Origin: Octopus vulgaris
Lineage: Eukaryota
Assembly: GCA_951406725.2 (NCBI GenBank)
Contig: OX597819.1
Span: 36,704,001 to 36,768,000 of the forward strand
Direction of reading: 5' to 3'
Length of the DNA: 64,000 bases
This document shows positions 40,480 through 54,472 of this stretch, in pieces. Both the position numbers and the translations under genes were made by a program. Each line of letters starts with the position of its first letter. Positions within the stretch are counted from its first letter, which is position 1. The notes under the pieces are model-generated. The model made no database searches. It was not told the DNA's origin and saw only the letters and a list, made by a program, of their open reading frames with translations.

Positions 40480-41826
40480 TATCAGTTTGGTAAGAACGTT
40501 CTTGGACACTTTTAATATATCACTTCATTAACAATTAAAAAAAGCAACAAAGAACAATCAATCCAAAAGATAATCACCCTCGTTATCGATCAGCTTTTTG
40601 CCATCTTTCAGGCAAAGTTTTGAATCCTTTTATGCAGAAATCGCGTGGTTTCGAACCAATAAAGTCGTAAAGTAACGATTTCACATCTTCATTTTCGAAA
40701 TCTGTATTGCGAATCGCGCGTTGCAAGGCAGCGAATAAGCGGTAGTCAGAAGGGTAAAGGTCAGGAGAATACGGTGGGTGCACCATAATGTCCCAGCCCA
40801 CCTACATCAGCTTCTCTGACGTCTTCTTTGCATGGTGTGCTGACGCGCTGTCTTGGGGGTAAATTACCTTCTTCAAATTTGAGCGCTTTTCGGCCAGCGC
40901 GATTTTTAGACGGTCGATTTGTTCGCAGTGGACACCCTTGCCAACTGTAGTATTGCGTGGGAAAAATTCCAGCATGATCACACCACGGCAATCCCACCAA
41001 ACTGAGATCATAACCTTCTTTTGCACAAGCGGTCCTTTTGTCGAAGGTTTTGGCTGTTGACCTTTACTACACCAGGTTCGTCTGCGCCTCCCGTCGGAGT
41101 ACAGTACCCACTTTTCATCCATAGTGATTACTGACTCCAACCAATCGAATCTTCGGTTTCGCCAGAACAGACTTTGACATGCAGTGACACGTGCTTGTTT
41201 ATTCGCTTCAGCCAATTCATGTGGCAACCATTTTCCAAGCTTGCTGACCTTGCCGAGACGATTGCAGGTGGTTGATGATCGTGATATGGAAGACGCCAAA
41301 CTGTACCGCAAGTTGACGTGCTTTTTGCATTGGATCGGCTTCAATGACTTGCTATAATGCATCATCATCAATCTCTTCTGGGCGTCCGCCACGACGTTGA
41401 TTTTCCAGTGAATAATTGTCAGATTCCAAGCGCTGATACCAATTACCGCAAGTACTTTTCGAGACAGTGCAAGGACCAAACGCTTCGCAGATTTGCTCAG
41501 CTGCGTCAAGCACAGATGTGACATGTTTGAAGTGATACAGTATAATTATAATGAGGACAACTACTGAGTAGAGCCACATGCTAGAAGTAGACGCAACGCC
41601 AGCTTTGGAGGTGTAATATTATGAGTTATTTTGCGCAAAAGGGATGTATTTCGCAAATACAACAACTGACACACACAGCTAAAAAGCTAATGAGCAAATA
41701 GAGTGATTGTCAGTCTTTATATAGTCAAAATGGACATGTTGGCTGCTCCTGATTGATCGGCGTCGCTGATTGGTTGCGAAATTGAAGGTGGCTTGGTTGA
41801 CCAAGAACTTTCTTACCAATGTAATA
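40480..41826 (-). mobile_element. Full-length, inactive DD34D mariner transposon
   Basis: TA-flanked TIRs tatcagtttggtaagaacgttcttgg / ccaagaactttcttaccaatgtaata; about 1.35 kb. Confidence 0.93.
40583..41632 (-). pseudogene. Mariner transposase with stops, frameshift and an N-terminal insertion
   Basis: HTH region ILYHFK...NWYQRLES...GRP; WLPHEL; ITMDEKW; QDSASAH; HPPYSPDLYPSDY; 34 codons between the 2nd and 3rd Asp, including one stop. Confidence 0.93.
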
Positions 41827-41916
41827 AAAACAATTTTACATTGAATTAATGGGATACTCTATAATTTTGTAGAGTACAAATTTATTATTCCTGTGCAAGA
41901 ATGTTGCTTAAGGTGA

Positions 41917-41979
41917 ATTCGAAGTTTCGGCCAGTTAAACTGTTGAGAGGACAATAGCTTAACTGGTCAAAACTTCGAA
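41917..41979. repeat. Hairpin
   Basis: ttcgaagtttcggccagttaa ... ttaactggtcaaaacttcgaa. Confidence 0.8.
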
Positions 41980-41988
41980 GGAGGCTAA

Positions 41989-42089
<101 letters not shown>

Positions 42090-42614
42090 CTATATATATG
42101 TGTGTGTGTGTGTGTTTGTGTATATATATATATATATATATAGTTATAATGAGGACAACTACTGAGTAGAGCCACATGCTAGAAGTAGACGCAAATGGCT
42201 CAAAAACTACCTTATTTATCATGTTGTGTTTGTATGGAATGTATAAATTATGTACTTCGAGTTTTGTCATACTGAAGGCGGTAGAGGGTATTACATTCCT
42301 AAACTAGAAATCGATCCATAGCTAAACCTTTTTTTAAAAATCCTTTCTGTTCATTTCCCTCGCTTTCAGCCCGTTTCTGTGTGATACATATAATAGTTTT
42401 AAAGCTATTTAGCGCCTACTTTTTGCATGTGACGCTACTGAGTAGTTTCCGTTATTATAATTATATTTATAAAATTAAATACTTTGTATTAATTCTTACG
42501 TAAATGCTTTATTACATGCTAGCTACTTGATAAAATCCTATATAGATTACAATGGTATATGTGTGTGTGTGTGTGTGTGTGCGTGTGTGTGTATGTATAT
42601 TACACACACACATA

Positions 42615-42780
42615 TATAGTTGAAATTTACAAAAGACGAAGACAACATGTACGTGTATTAGTCTGACCCTCGGGAAGGTGATAAAGTCTTTTACGTTTCG
42701 AGCCTGCGCTCTTCAACAGAAAGGAGCATGAGGAAATGAACAGAGAGAGAATAAAAAAACTCGTGGAGTTAGCGGTCAAT
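42615..42780 (-). mobile_element. Small repeat carrying a minimal hammerhead-like motif (42688-42723)
   Basis: CTTT-CTGTTGA-A-GAGC(gcag)GCTC-GAAACGTA^AAAG; homologous to 60474-60675. Confidence 0.65.
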
Positions 42781-42796
42781 CAATCAATCAATCAAT

Positions 42797-42857
<61 letters not shown>

Positions 42858-42860
<3 letters not shown>

Positions 42861-43177
42861 TGGCATGCCGTGAACAGCCTGCTCGTGAAATTAATGTACA
42901 AGTGGCTGAGCACTCCACGGATACATGTACCATTAATGTAGTTCTCGCGGAGATTCAGCGTGACACAGAATCTGACAAGGCTGGCCCTTTGAAATACGGG
43001 TACAACGGGAACAGGAAGAAAGAGTGAGAGAAAGTTGTGGTGAAAGTGTACAGTAGAGTTCGCCACCACACCCAGCCGGAGCCTCGGGGAACCTTTTCGC
43101 TCAATAAACACTTACAACGCCCTGTCTGGGAATCGAAACCGCGATCCTGCGACCGCGAGTCCTCTGCACCTCCACTG
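42858..43177 (-). mobile_element. SINE group C, tail type 2
   Basis: Shares head and core (ggtttcgattccc, gtgtttattgagcgaaaa, cacaactttctctcactctttc) with 29331 and 52575; different 3' part. Confidence 0.85.
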
Positions 43178-44868
43178 TATATATATATATGTGTGTGAGT
43201 GTGTGTGTGTGTATGTATATATGTACGTATGTATGTATGTGTGCATGTGTGTGTGTCTGTATTACTTCTTACGGAGACCAAAATGTAAGTATACCATTAT
43301 TGCATTGATAATCGGTGTCTTTACGTAATTCATGCATTTGTCATGTCTCATCGTGAAACATTTGAGAAACACGTCAAAAGAATTTCTTGTAATTAACCTC
43401 TTATTTTGTATTTTGCATTCAGATGGAAATAAAAAAAAGACGTTATGAGTCTGCTGATATCATTATCTTTCCTTAGTATTGTATAGAATAACCTACCAGT
43501 GGTAAAGATAGTGTAAATATTTAGATGCAAATTTATTTATACAAATGGAATCATGTTACGACTAGATGATGATAACGTATTTCTTACAGGCTTCATTATC
43601 ATCAATTACTCCATTATAAAGTGTGAAATATTTCGTTCATAACATATTACCAGCAAGGTGATAGAGATAGCTTTATTTACTTTCGTATTTATTTCTTTTT
43701 GCATGCTTTGTCGATTTTCTTTTTCACATCAAAATATCAGAATATAATTATTTTATGTGTCGCGAAACTAAATACATAATTATCTGGTAATGTTTCTTTT
43801 ACTCTTATTTTTTTTTCATTAAAACAATGCGACCAAATAATTTATCGTTGACTATAACTATTACTTTGTCTGACTTTCTGTATGAATGTTCGTGAATTTC
43901 TACAATTAGATTTATACGTATTTATAGTTTCATATCAATTACTATTTGTCCAAATATTGTTATTAATTCGTTTTCTAATGCCGATTGTATAATAACGTTG
44001 CAGATATAATTTCATTTTCTGGAATATAAATGATTTCGTTAGAAATTAATAGTATTATCATTGATGTTTTATCTGGATGAGTAAAGCACATACGATGGAG
44101 AGAGAAACGATCTCGATTCTTTGTGCAATATAGCTGGCTCGTTTACAATTCTGAATTATCTTTTTCTGTGGTCAAATTTATCTTTCATCCTGGTTGGTAT
44201 CGGTAGAACGATTTCCAATGATTTACGTTTGCGTATAAAGTGTACCATTGATCGATAACTTTCTGCTCATATTGTTTTGAAAGTCACTCATCTTTTCTTT
44301 ATTGAATATATCAAAGATATAGTGAATATCCCATACACTTTAGGTAGACATAGATTTTGCAACAATAAGGTCAACATTTGAGTTAAACTTTGGTACCCTC
44401 ATTCTATCATTTTTTAACAGGTTTTATCTCCCAGGACTGTTTGTATACAATCTCTTCGATTTTCTAAAGATCAATTTTTATTTGGCGCGGCTATAGCAGC
44501 GTGGATTAATAAGCTCGCTTAACAACTGTGCGGTTTACATTTTAATCTTTGCGAAATTTTCTTTTGCTGTAACTATGGGTTGGCTAATACCTTGTCAATG
44601 ATATTTGGTAGATAGAAACAGCACATAAGATAGCCGAAGAGACTAAGCCTGGTTTCTTGGGTGGTAAACATATATGCACACATGTTTATATGTATATATA
44701 TATATATATATATATGCAGCACGAAGCTTTTTCAGTGAACAGGTCGCGGTCTCAAAGCGACGAAAATAGTTTGACAAATTAAATTTAAATGTTGAAGTGA
44801 ATCTAACGGTTTTGTGTGTTTCTTAAATGGCTTATAAACACCTTCCACGCTGCAATTGTATATATATA

Positions 44869-45505
44869 TAACTTAGAATAACTTAGAAAGGTTTTGGCTA
44901 GTATTGGCCCAGGCCATGTCTAACTTAATAGCACCACCTGGCGAAGTCTTTCAATTCAGGATTTGGGCACCAAGGCCCATTCGAGCAGAGAGTTACTGTT
45001 TGAGGAGACATATCCGGGTGTGGGTGATTTGTCCGGAACTGTTTGAAGGAATTTGTCCAAAGACTTCTTGAATTTTGTGTGGTCAGTTTCTGTTTTGACG
45101 TGTCCTCGTGTGATGTTGAAGAGAGCGGGTCCAATTGAGGTGAAATAATTGTGCCGTATTGTTGTTATGAGATGCGATTTAGATTTTTGTTGTGGACGGA
45201 TGGCACGGGGTCCAAGACTTGGATGTATTTTGAAGGTGATACCAACATCATTTGGACAGTGCTGATGGAATATTTTCCACATCATACAGATAATTTAGCG
45301 TTCACGGCGTCGTTGGAGTGAATACAGTTTCAGCTTTTCCAGTCGACCCCAGTAATCAAGGTCTGACATGCCATCTATCTATTTCGTGATTGACCTTTGG
45401 GGAGCTTCAACTTTCATAATATTCCGTTTCGTGTAGGGAGACCACAGTGGACAGCAGTATTCAAGGTGAGATCGGGCAAAAGTGGAGAAGAGAAGGAGAA
45501 TGGTG
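44869..45505 (-). mobile_element. 3' end of a CR1/L2-group LINE (ORF2 C-terminus, UTR, tandem tail)
   Basis: [11 protein letters not shown]...LDYWGRLEKLKLYSLQRRRER*IICMMWKI...FKKSLDKFLQTVPD; tail (ttctaagtta)x2. Confidence 0.88.
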
Positions 45506-45510
45506 TGGGA

Positions 45511-45900
<390 letters not shown>

Positions 45901-46606
45901 GCTCGTTGATATAAATACCAACATTTTAAATTTTCATAATTCTTCTTGTCTTTGACATGGTTACACTTATTCACTTTTATTCAGTCTGAACTTCATTGTT
46001 TCCTCTCTTGCTTTCGAGTCTTTAGGATCATATTTTTTCTCATATTTATAATTCATTGAGTTAAGGTTCGCTTTCATAAAGGACTGGACTTATCATTGCA
46101 ATCGATTATAGTATTCTAATAATATTTTATTGGTGCCAGACGGATATAAATTACTGTTGTTTTTATAGAGATTTCAGATCGAATGGGTCCAGTAACGTAT
46201 TAGATTGATACCTTTAAGCACTTTGTACACACAACTTCTAATCAGACCATCGCCACAACTTTGCACAGTAAAATATGAGTAATACACAGGAAATAACTCA
46301 GCATTTTTGTAAAGTATAATAATACGAGCAAAACGCCCCCCGTCCAATGGACGGTGCTGAGTTGTCAAACATTTAAACAAAATTTTATCAAAACAACTTG
46401 TCCTCCTCTTTGAGAAACACTGATTTAACCTAAATTTGAGGCACCAGCAAAAGAAGAAATAAAGATAGACTTTTTTCTATTTCAAGAAAAACGATTTTAC
46501 AAATGCACGTTCCCACGGCTTTATCGATCGCATTTTCACCTGGAATTGATTTTTGTAATTTTTTCCAGACTTATACACGCCCTGATACCGTCGGTATCTA
46601 CATATC

Positions 46607-46814
46607 TAAACATAGAGGGGAGAAACAAGGACAGACAAACGGATTAAGTTGATTACATCGACCCCAGTGCGTAACTGGTACTTATTTAATCGACCCCGAA
46701 AGGATGAAAGGCAAAGTCGGCCTCAGCGGAATTTGAACTGAGAACGTAGCAGCAGACGAAATACTGCTGAGCATTTCGCCCGGCGCGCTAACGTTTCTGC
46801 CAGCTCGCCGCCTT
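46607..46814 (-). mobile_element. SINE group A
   Basis: aaggatgaaaggcaaagtc...gccagctcgccgcctt. Confidence 0.9.
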
Positions 46815-46833
46815 ATGTGTGCATGTATATATG

Positions 46834-46954
<121 letters not shown>

Positions 46955-47613
46955 TTAATTTATGATATATGGTATATAATATACGTGGTGTCATAGCTTT
47001 TTGTGAAAATTTATTTGACCGTGTAGTATCCACGTCTTGACTGATTTACAGCATCTGACAAGAGAAACCGCGATGCTCAGATTTTCATATTAACATACTG
47101 TTATCTTGAAAAGGGCTTACGCAAAAGGAACATTTTAGAACAAGAGAAATATACATACGACTTGAGATATCATTAACCCATTGGCTTTACGATGCATTAT
47201 GCAAATGTCTCTCAATTCTAAATATCGTTAGCAGTCACTATCTCATAGATAAGATTTGATTTGAAGAAATGAGTGCTCAACTTAATCCGACTTTATCCTA
47301 TTTGTTATTCTCTGTTGATATTTTAACTACGTTTAGGTTGCAATCAATTCCATTTATTCATTTCTCCAGACAGATAACTGCATTCTTAAGTCTGTAACAA
47401 TGAATCATCAACAAAATTGTGTATTAATTATCGATAAACAGTAAGCCATATATTCGACTTTCCAATGTCTGATCTTCCTTCTCCGACTAAGAGGTAAAAG
47501 TATATTCGCGTAGGAGACATTTTTGTAATAACTTGGATCGCATTAATACTTGCCAAAGACTTATTCTAGATAGCTAGGTAGATACTTCACACACAAGTAC
47601 AGATACACACACA

Positions 47614-47661
<48 letters not shown>

Positions 47662-47918
47662 ACATACACACACACACATACACAAAGGGACATACGCACA
47701 GACAAGCACTCTTATATAGACGCCGGTATATATACACAAACACATATATACACATACTCTTAAATATACGCACTTTCCTACATAAATATAATTGTGTTAG
47801 TTAATAGTCCTATTTCATCATTGCTAAATTTTACGTACGGTTGAAATTAATTAGCCGTATCTAATCCTTATTCTGTTTCATTCTTCCAGACAGAGAATGA
47901 AACAAAATGGGATTAGGC

Positions 47919-48143
47919 TCTCTTTACTCTTTTACTCTTTTACTTGTTTCAGTCATTTGACTGCGGCCATGCTGGAGCACCGCCTTTAATCGAGCAACTC
48001 GACCCCGGGACTTATTCTTTTGTAAGCCCAGTACTTATTCTATCGGTATCTTTTGCCGAACCGCTAGCTTACGGAGACGTAAACACACCAGCATTGGTTG
48101 TCAAGCAATGTTAGAAGGACAAGCACAGACACACAAACATATA

Positions 48144-48201
<58 letters not shown>

Positions 48202-48393
48202 TGTATATATATATACATATACATATATACGACGGGCTTCTTTCAGTTTCCGCCTACCAAATCCACTCACAAGGCTTTGGTCGGCCCGAGGCTATAGTAG
48301 AAGACACTTGCCCAAGGTGCCACGCAGTGGGACTGAACCCGGAACCATGTGGTTGGTAAACAAGCTACTTACCACACAGCCACTCCTGCGCCT
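47919..48393 (-). mobile_element. Full-length SINE group B
   Basis: Homologous to 9814-10220 and 38693-39123. Confidence 0.92.
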
Positions 48394-48762
48394 ATTTAAG
48401 TCTGATAAGTAGTTTTGATTGGGTTACACTGTTGGTAAATTGACTGAACATGTGATTGGCCGTGTTGTCAATAACATCCGTTTTATTTGACAGACATCTG
48501 CTGGTGGATCTACTTTAGCCCTGCAGCTGGTGCAAGGATTGGATGATGGTTATCCACTTGGTAGAGCATGACGTCAGTAACATGTTCTTTTCGTCAGGTT
48601 ACAAGTGTTGATACTACTTTGTAGTGAGTCATCTCAAAAGGGAGTTTGCTATATGGCGGTTAATAAAGGGATTTTCAGACATACCAGCGACATATGCACG
48701 TTCTTGGAGAACTGAAGAGCAGTTATTCTATGTCAGCATTAACGATGGAAACTAAAATGCAA

Positions 48763-48964
48763 CACATTATTTACATTTGACGGATATTTGTCCTCAATTT
48801 GTTTGTTGTTAACACAACGTTTCGGCTGATATACCCTCTAGCCTTCGTCGGGTGTCTTGGAGAAATTTCGAAACTGGTTCTCATTCCCAAGGTATTTTTC
48901 GATGTTGTTGTTGTTGTTATTATTATTATTATTATTATTGTTGTTGTTGTTATTGTTGTTGTTG

Positions 48965-49029
<65 letters not shown>

Positions 49030-49181
49030 GTTGTTGTTGTTGTTGGTGGTGGTGTTGTTGTTGTTCTTGTTACTATTGTTCAGGTCACTTCCTGGAAATG
49101 AACTCGGAATCTTGGGGTTAGTAGCCCGCGCTCTTAACCACTACGCCATATGTAATTCCTCATCTCTTAAATATAGAACTG
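48763..49181. mobile_element. ORF-less PLE pLTR unit: inverted tRNA head-(AAT/AAC)n-hammerhead, plus a forward 30-bp tail
   Basis: Homologous to 5357-5592 and 6150-6560; TSD taaaatg(c/t)aa at 48753-48762 and 49182-49191; HHR motif on minus strand 48811-48856 with U4C. Confidence 0.85.
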
Positions 49182-49559
49182 TAAAATGTAATAGCTCTAA
49201 CATAAAGGCCTTAGTTATGAAAGGCAAATGCCCTGCGTGAAGGATGATATACCACGATTAAGAATTTTCTAACAACACCTCGACCTGATAAATAAGGCTA
49301 AAGAAGGAACATTAAAAAACCAACTGAATCAACACAATAACTCATTTTATTAATGACACTTAGAAACAAATCACAGAATCGATAAAAGCCAACCAATAAA
49401 GTTCGCTAATTTCAAATACACTAAACGTTTTGTTGCGAAGGAATAATCCGATTAACCAGCACACAATTATACAGGTTTGAACCACGTCAGACGTAGGTAT
49501 GTATGAAAGAAATTGCGTATTACACGAAAATATGAACAAATAGATGATTTATTTTTACA

Positions 49560-50015
49560 GGGTCTGGAGGAAAGGGATGTCCTCAATGCATTCTCATGCT
49601 CCATCACCTCCTTGAATTGTGAAATTGAGGTCATTCATGTTTCGTTTGAACCTCTTAAAAAGACAACCCCTGTGGGTGGGAAGACTGAACTGAGACTCGA
49701 ATTCCAGAAGGTCGAGGTTCTGGGAAGGAAGGATAGGATGTATTGAATTTTGTGGGATCTGTGGCATTGCACACAAGGAGAGACGAGTGGGTCGAGAATA
49801 ACTGATGGAAATGTCATGTACTCCGTGAGCTCCAAGGGCAGACGCGATTCGAGTAGCAATAGAAAAGGCAAAATCAAGAGAGAGTTGGCCTTTAAATATA
49901 GGGGCTGAAAATCAATGCGGTTGCTCTTTTCTGGATGATGTCTAGGATGTCTGTATTTACAGCATCACCATCCCTGATATAGAAGCCGTAACCCATTATG
50001 GGCTTCACTTTAGTG
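49560..50015 (-). pseudogene. Decayed CR1/jockey-like LINE ORF2 C-terminus
   Basis: KVKPIMGYG...LDIIQKRA and SFLPRTSTFWNS..SVFPP motifs. Confidence 0.7.
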
Positions 50016-51143
50016 CACATACACACACACACGCACGCACACATATGCATATCTACATTTACATGTGTGTGTATGCGTGGAAGTGTGTGTGCGTGTGTGA
50101 GTGCATATATGTATGTGTATATTGATATCCATATGTGTATATAAGCGTGCGTGTGTATTATACCTGTATAATTTTTAATCATCCCAAAGACAACTAGTAG
50201 AATTGGAATTCTTTCTTTCTGTTCTAAATTCCCACATTCTAGTTATTCCTGTTTCCAAGACTTCACATTTTGATAATCTCTCCTCTCCTTCGGAGACATA
50301 TTTTCACCTATTGGAACTGATACTTCAGTCAGGAGGAGGCCCTCTTGGCCATCTTTGACAACATCCAGTCAAATTGTTTTGATTTCTATCAGCATGGATT
50401 GACATAACCTGTAATTCAATTTTCCAGACGAACAACCTTCCTCTTCCTCAGAAACCCACGCCTTGCCGGTTGAGAAATTCGAGAGAAGTCCATCGCAAGA
50501 GACTGTATCGATGAAGACAGTACTGAAAACCGGAGAAGGTGGTCCCAAACAGAAAGCTAGAAGATTCATCAGGATATAAGAGTGCCTATCAATAAGCCAC
50601 AGCTTACAATCACTACCACAATGACCATCGTCTCGCCACCCGAACCAGAAATCATATAAGAAAATGCAAAAACCATAACCGAAGCCCCAAAAGAAAGAAC
50701 TAAATCAAGAGAAAGAGCAAAACCAACAGCAACAACAGCAGCAACACCAACAATCAAACACAATGAATTCTCTCCTTCAACTTTCGTTTTGTGTGAAGAG
50801 ACAAGTCCGACTTGATGGCAGAAATAACAAGGTAGAAGACGGTATTCACCAAAGAGGGAAGGCCATGTCAAACCAATCTCGAACAGATCCGGCTATCGAC
50901 CGAATCCTCTTTATGTATCGCGCTACCACCTTATCTAGCAAAAGAAAGAAGTTATGTTCCCTATGACTGGTGGCTATTACGAAAATGTATATATGATAAG
51001 TGAGTTTGAATATGTTGATATTTTCCGCGGTCAATCTCTCATTAATTTCTTCAAGTGTAACTTGAAGTGGAGAGCGAGGATGTAGATGTAGATGAAATTT
51101 CTCCATTTTAATGAAAGACGGCTGCAAGGGACGGAACCCCCTC

Positions 51144-51208
<65 letters not shown>

Positions 51209-51469
51209 AAAGATGAATTACTGAATTCTGCCTGGAAACTGCAGTCGATAAAGGGTAACTCTTGGGAATGCATCGTAGTCGTGGTTTAAGTTTCCTTAAA
51301 TGTTCCAAATGCTCGACTTGATGGTTTGTTTGCTTACAACTACTATTATAAATTTTTAAATGTTTTTCGTATTGAGTCACAGTTTTGTCCTTCCGATGTA
51401 AGGTTACATATGTACACACTGACCAGTTTGTTTGTCTATGTGAGCTCCATGGGAGCCAATAAAGAAAGG

Positions 51470-51588
51470 GTCGTGGTCGTCGTCGTCGTCGTCTTCTTCT
51501 TCTTCTTCTTCTTCTTCTTCTTCTTCTTCTTCTTCTTCTTCTTCTTCTTCTTCTTCTTCTTCTTCTCATTCTTTTTCTTCTACTCCTC
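51470..51588. repeat. (GTC)/(TTC) microsatellite
   Basis: Direct reading. Confidence 0.97.
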
Positions 51589-52045
51589 CTAGTTGTTGTT
51601 GAAATATATACATCATCAGTCATTTATCACATTCTTGAAACGAGCGCAATCCCATTAAATGTATAGCTGTGTCATTCGCAGGAATATTGTTTACAATTCC
51701 TCAACTCCACAGTATTTATTATTCAGTTCCACTTTTCTTTTCGTTTTGTACTGAGAAGTAAATGTTTATTTGTATTATTCAATCCGAGAGAACTTTATTT
51801 ATATTCATTTAAACTAAATATCATGTTTGTTTACTTTAGATGACAAAATCACCGACGAAATGAGTGCCATTTTCTTTTACTCTCGGTTTCCCATAATGCT
51901 TTTCTCTTTTCCAATATCCCTGTTGTAATTGACGTCAAAAGCGTATTGTCCGACATATTATGTTTTATCAAAAAAGAAAAAAAAAATTACTTTCTTCACA
52001 TTACAAATGAATAACAATTTGAAATTACATTTTCTATTTGCTTAC

Positions 52046-52070
52046 CAAAAAAGTATTTGATGCTGACCAT
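52046..52070 (-). CDS. Candidate first coding exon (MVSIKYFF plus a phase-1 G)
   Basis: catcATGG context, donor G|gtaagc; phase-compatible with 14677-14768; very short and next to (CAT)n, so chance is possible. Confidence 0.28.
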
Positions 52071-52105
52071 GATGATGATGAAAGATAATAATGATGATGA
52101 TGATA

Positions 52106-52149
<44 letters not shown>

Positions 52150-52574
52150 AACAGCAACAACAATAATGATAATAAAGAAACGAATAAATAAACTTAATCT
52201 GTTTAATTTTATTTTGCTTAATATCAAAACGATTCGTTATGGAATTCCGGAAAGAAAATTGTTGTCATACAGTGACAAACAATTGTCAAAGTAACTAATT
52301 TTTACAGCATGTATTTGTTTGGATGTATATTCGTTTCAGATGTGCTTATATTTGATCTGCTCCAGGTGGTATTGAGTTTTAAACATGTAACTCATTTTAG
52401 AAGTAACTTGTTTAAAAGTAGTATTATTTATTCTTAACCAATAGTCAAAGATTCTACTACACTCCGTTTGGTTGACTCAAAACTGAAAACAGGTTGCACT
52501 ATAAAGATCCTGCAAAAGTTGTTACTTAGTCAAACCAGGTTTGTAATATATCATCCACCCTACTTATACTATAT

Positions 52575-52885
52575 CACCGTGATCACCCTGACAGACCAAG
52601 ATATCAGATGTTGCTACACATTGCTGGTCACAATGCACTTCGCATTGTTTTAGCGTTCAAATGACGCCACCCCGCTGGCTAAGCGAGCAGGCCAACAGAA
52701 GAAAGAGTGAGAGAAAGTTGTGGTGAAAGAGTACAGCAGGGATCGCCATCACCCCCTGCCGAAGCCTCGTGGAGCTTTAGGTGTTTTCACTCAATAAACA
52801 CTCATAACGCCCGGTCTGGGAATCGAAACCGTAATCCTACGACCGCAAGTCCGCTGCCCTAACCATTGGGCCATTGCGCCTCCAC
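52575..52885 (-). mobile_element. SINE group C, tail type 3
   Basis: Head gtggaggcgcaatggcccaatggttagg...ggtttcgattccc; TSD-like acttatac(t/a)atat. Confidence 0.87.
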
Positions 52886-54246
52886 TTATACAATATGATA
52901 TTCTTAAATATCACTGTATTTGCAATTAAATCGTTTTAAAATCTTGTAGAAACTCTTAAAACAGTTACCTCGTGATATTTTACTAAAGACACAGGCAGAT
53001 AGCATCGATATAGATATGCTTTTTTTATTTTAAAACTGAAGAAGAGTTTAAAGAACAGGTTTATAATAGACTACTTTAACTATTTCTTGCTTGTTTTCTA
53101 CTACAATAATTTGAGGTAAGCATTTACCATGCGATCTGCCTTTGAAAGGAAATTTGATAAAATGTTAATGAAATGTTGTCCCTAGCTCAGAGAACCATTT
53201 TGGCTGTTAGCTTAATATTTCAACACTGAAATAACAAAGAAGCATAACAGTGGCAGAAAGATAAGATAATGCCCCTGAGTGTGAGCATGAATTACTGATA
53301 TTTAATATCGATAAAGATACACGACAGAATTCAACAAATACATTTGAAAGACGGCGGTAACACGTGATATATCAATCCTTATTTGTCAAGAATACCAGTG
53401 TGTATAATTTCATAAGCGTTACTTGATGTAAAGAACTATAATACATTGTTACTTTCTTTCTGTATCACTTTTGCAGTTACCGTGGAGATGATATTTCTTA
53501 TTAGCTCTTCCTAATTGTCAATGCTATCATTTTACTCAAAATTTTACTTTCTATTCATCAATATTTTTTCTACAACGTTTTTTTTTATATAGAGCCTTGA
53601 GAATAATTATTTAATGATATATTTCGTCCACAAATTCCTTGAGATTTTTCTGTCGATATATACAATTATTTTATAATATCATTCGTTAATTAACAAGACA
53701 ACATGACAGATAATAAAACAGGCATTATATTATTAGTAATTGGTTCATATTAACTTTTTTGGCTTCCTTTGGCGTTTTATAAATCTTATTTTTAATGGGT
53801 TTTTTCTCGCCAAAGATATCGATATTTTCCTTCGTGATCTACATCTTCCGTGAAATAAACAAAATGTTCCATGCCATTTCTAAGTAATCTACCTCTATTA
53901 GATTGCTGAATAGATTCCGAAAATCATAAAATTCTAAATTCCATTTAATCTTTTCTGATAAATTGAATTAATATGCAACAGATGGTTTGAAAGAAAACAT
54001 GTGTTTTATCATATTTATCGGAATAAATCAACGATATGTAAACTATAAATCAATTATAATAAACTTGTGATGTTCTGGCTTATCTTTCTGAATATTTAAT
54101 GCAGGTGGATATGTAAATTACCCATTACTTACCAAAGTCAATATATGGGGTAAGATAGTGTATCTGTATACCCTCTCTGTCATTTAGAATGTATTTTTAT
54201 TCAAATATTTTTCTCAATCTCAGAAAAAACTCACACAAATTTACAA

Positions 54247-54472
54247 GGGTAGCGAAGCCACATATAGAAACGTTAGCACGTTGGGCGAAATGCATAGCCG
54301 TATTTCGTCTGCTGTTACGTTTTGAGTTCAAGTTCCGCCAAGGTCGACTTTGCCTTTCATCCTTTCGGGGTCGATAAATTAAGTACCACTTCACTGGGGT
54401 CGATGTAATCGACTTAATCTGTTTGTCTGTCCTTGTTTGTCCCCTCTGTGTTTAGCCCCTTGTAGGTAGTAA
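54247..54472 (+). mobile_element. SINE group A
   Basis: gaaacgttagcacg...ctttgcctttcatcctttcggggtcg...tttagcccctt. Confidence 0.88.

Noticed and set aside
41917-41979. Hammerhead in the hairpin
   Set aside because: Has a GAAAC half but no CUGANGA
44735-44775. Hammerhead (gtcgc..gcgac-GAAA)
   Set aside because: The 5' core is missing
48460-48720. RTE LINE 3' relic
   Set aside because: Only faint resemblance across several frames
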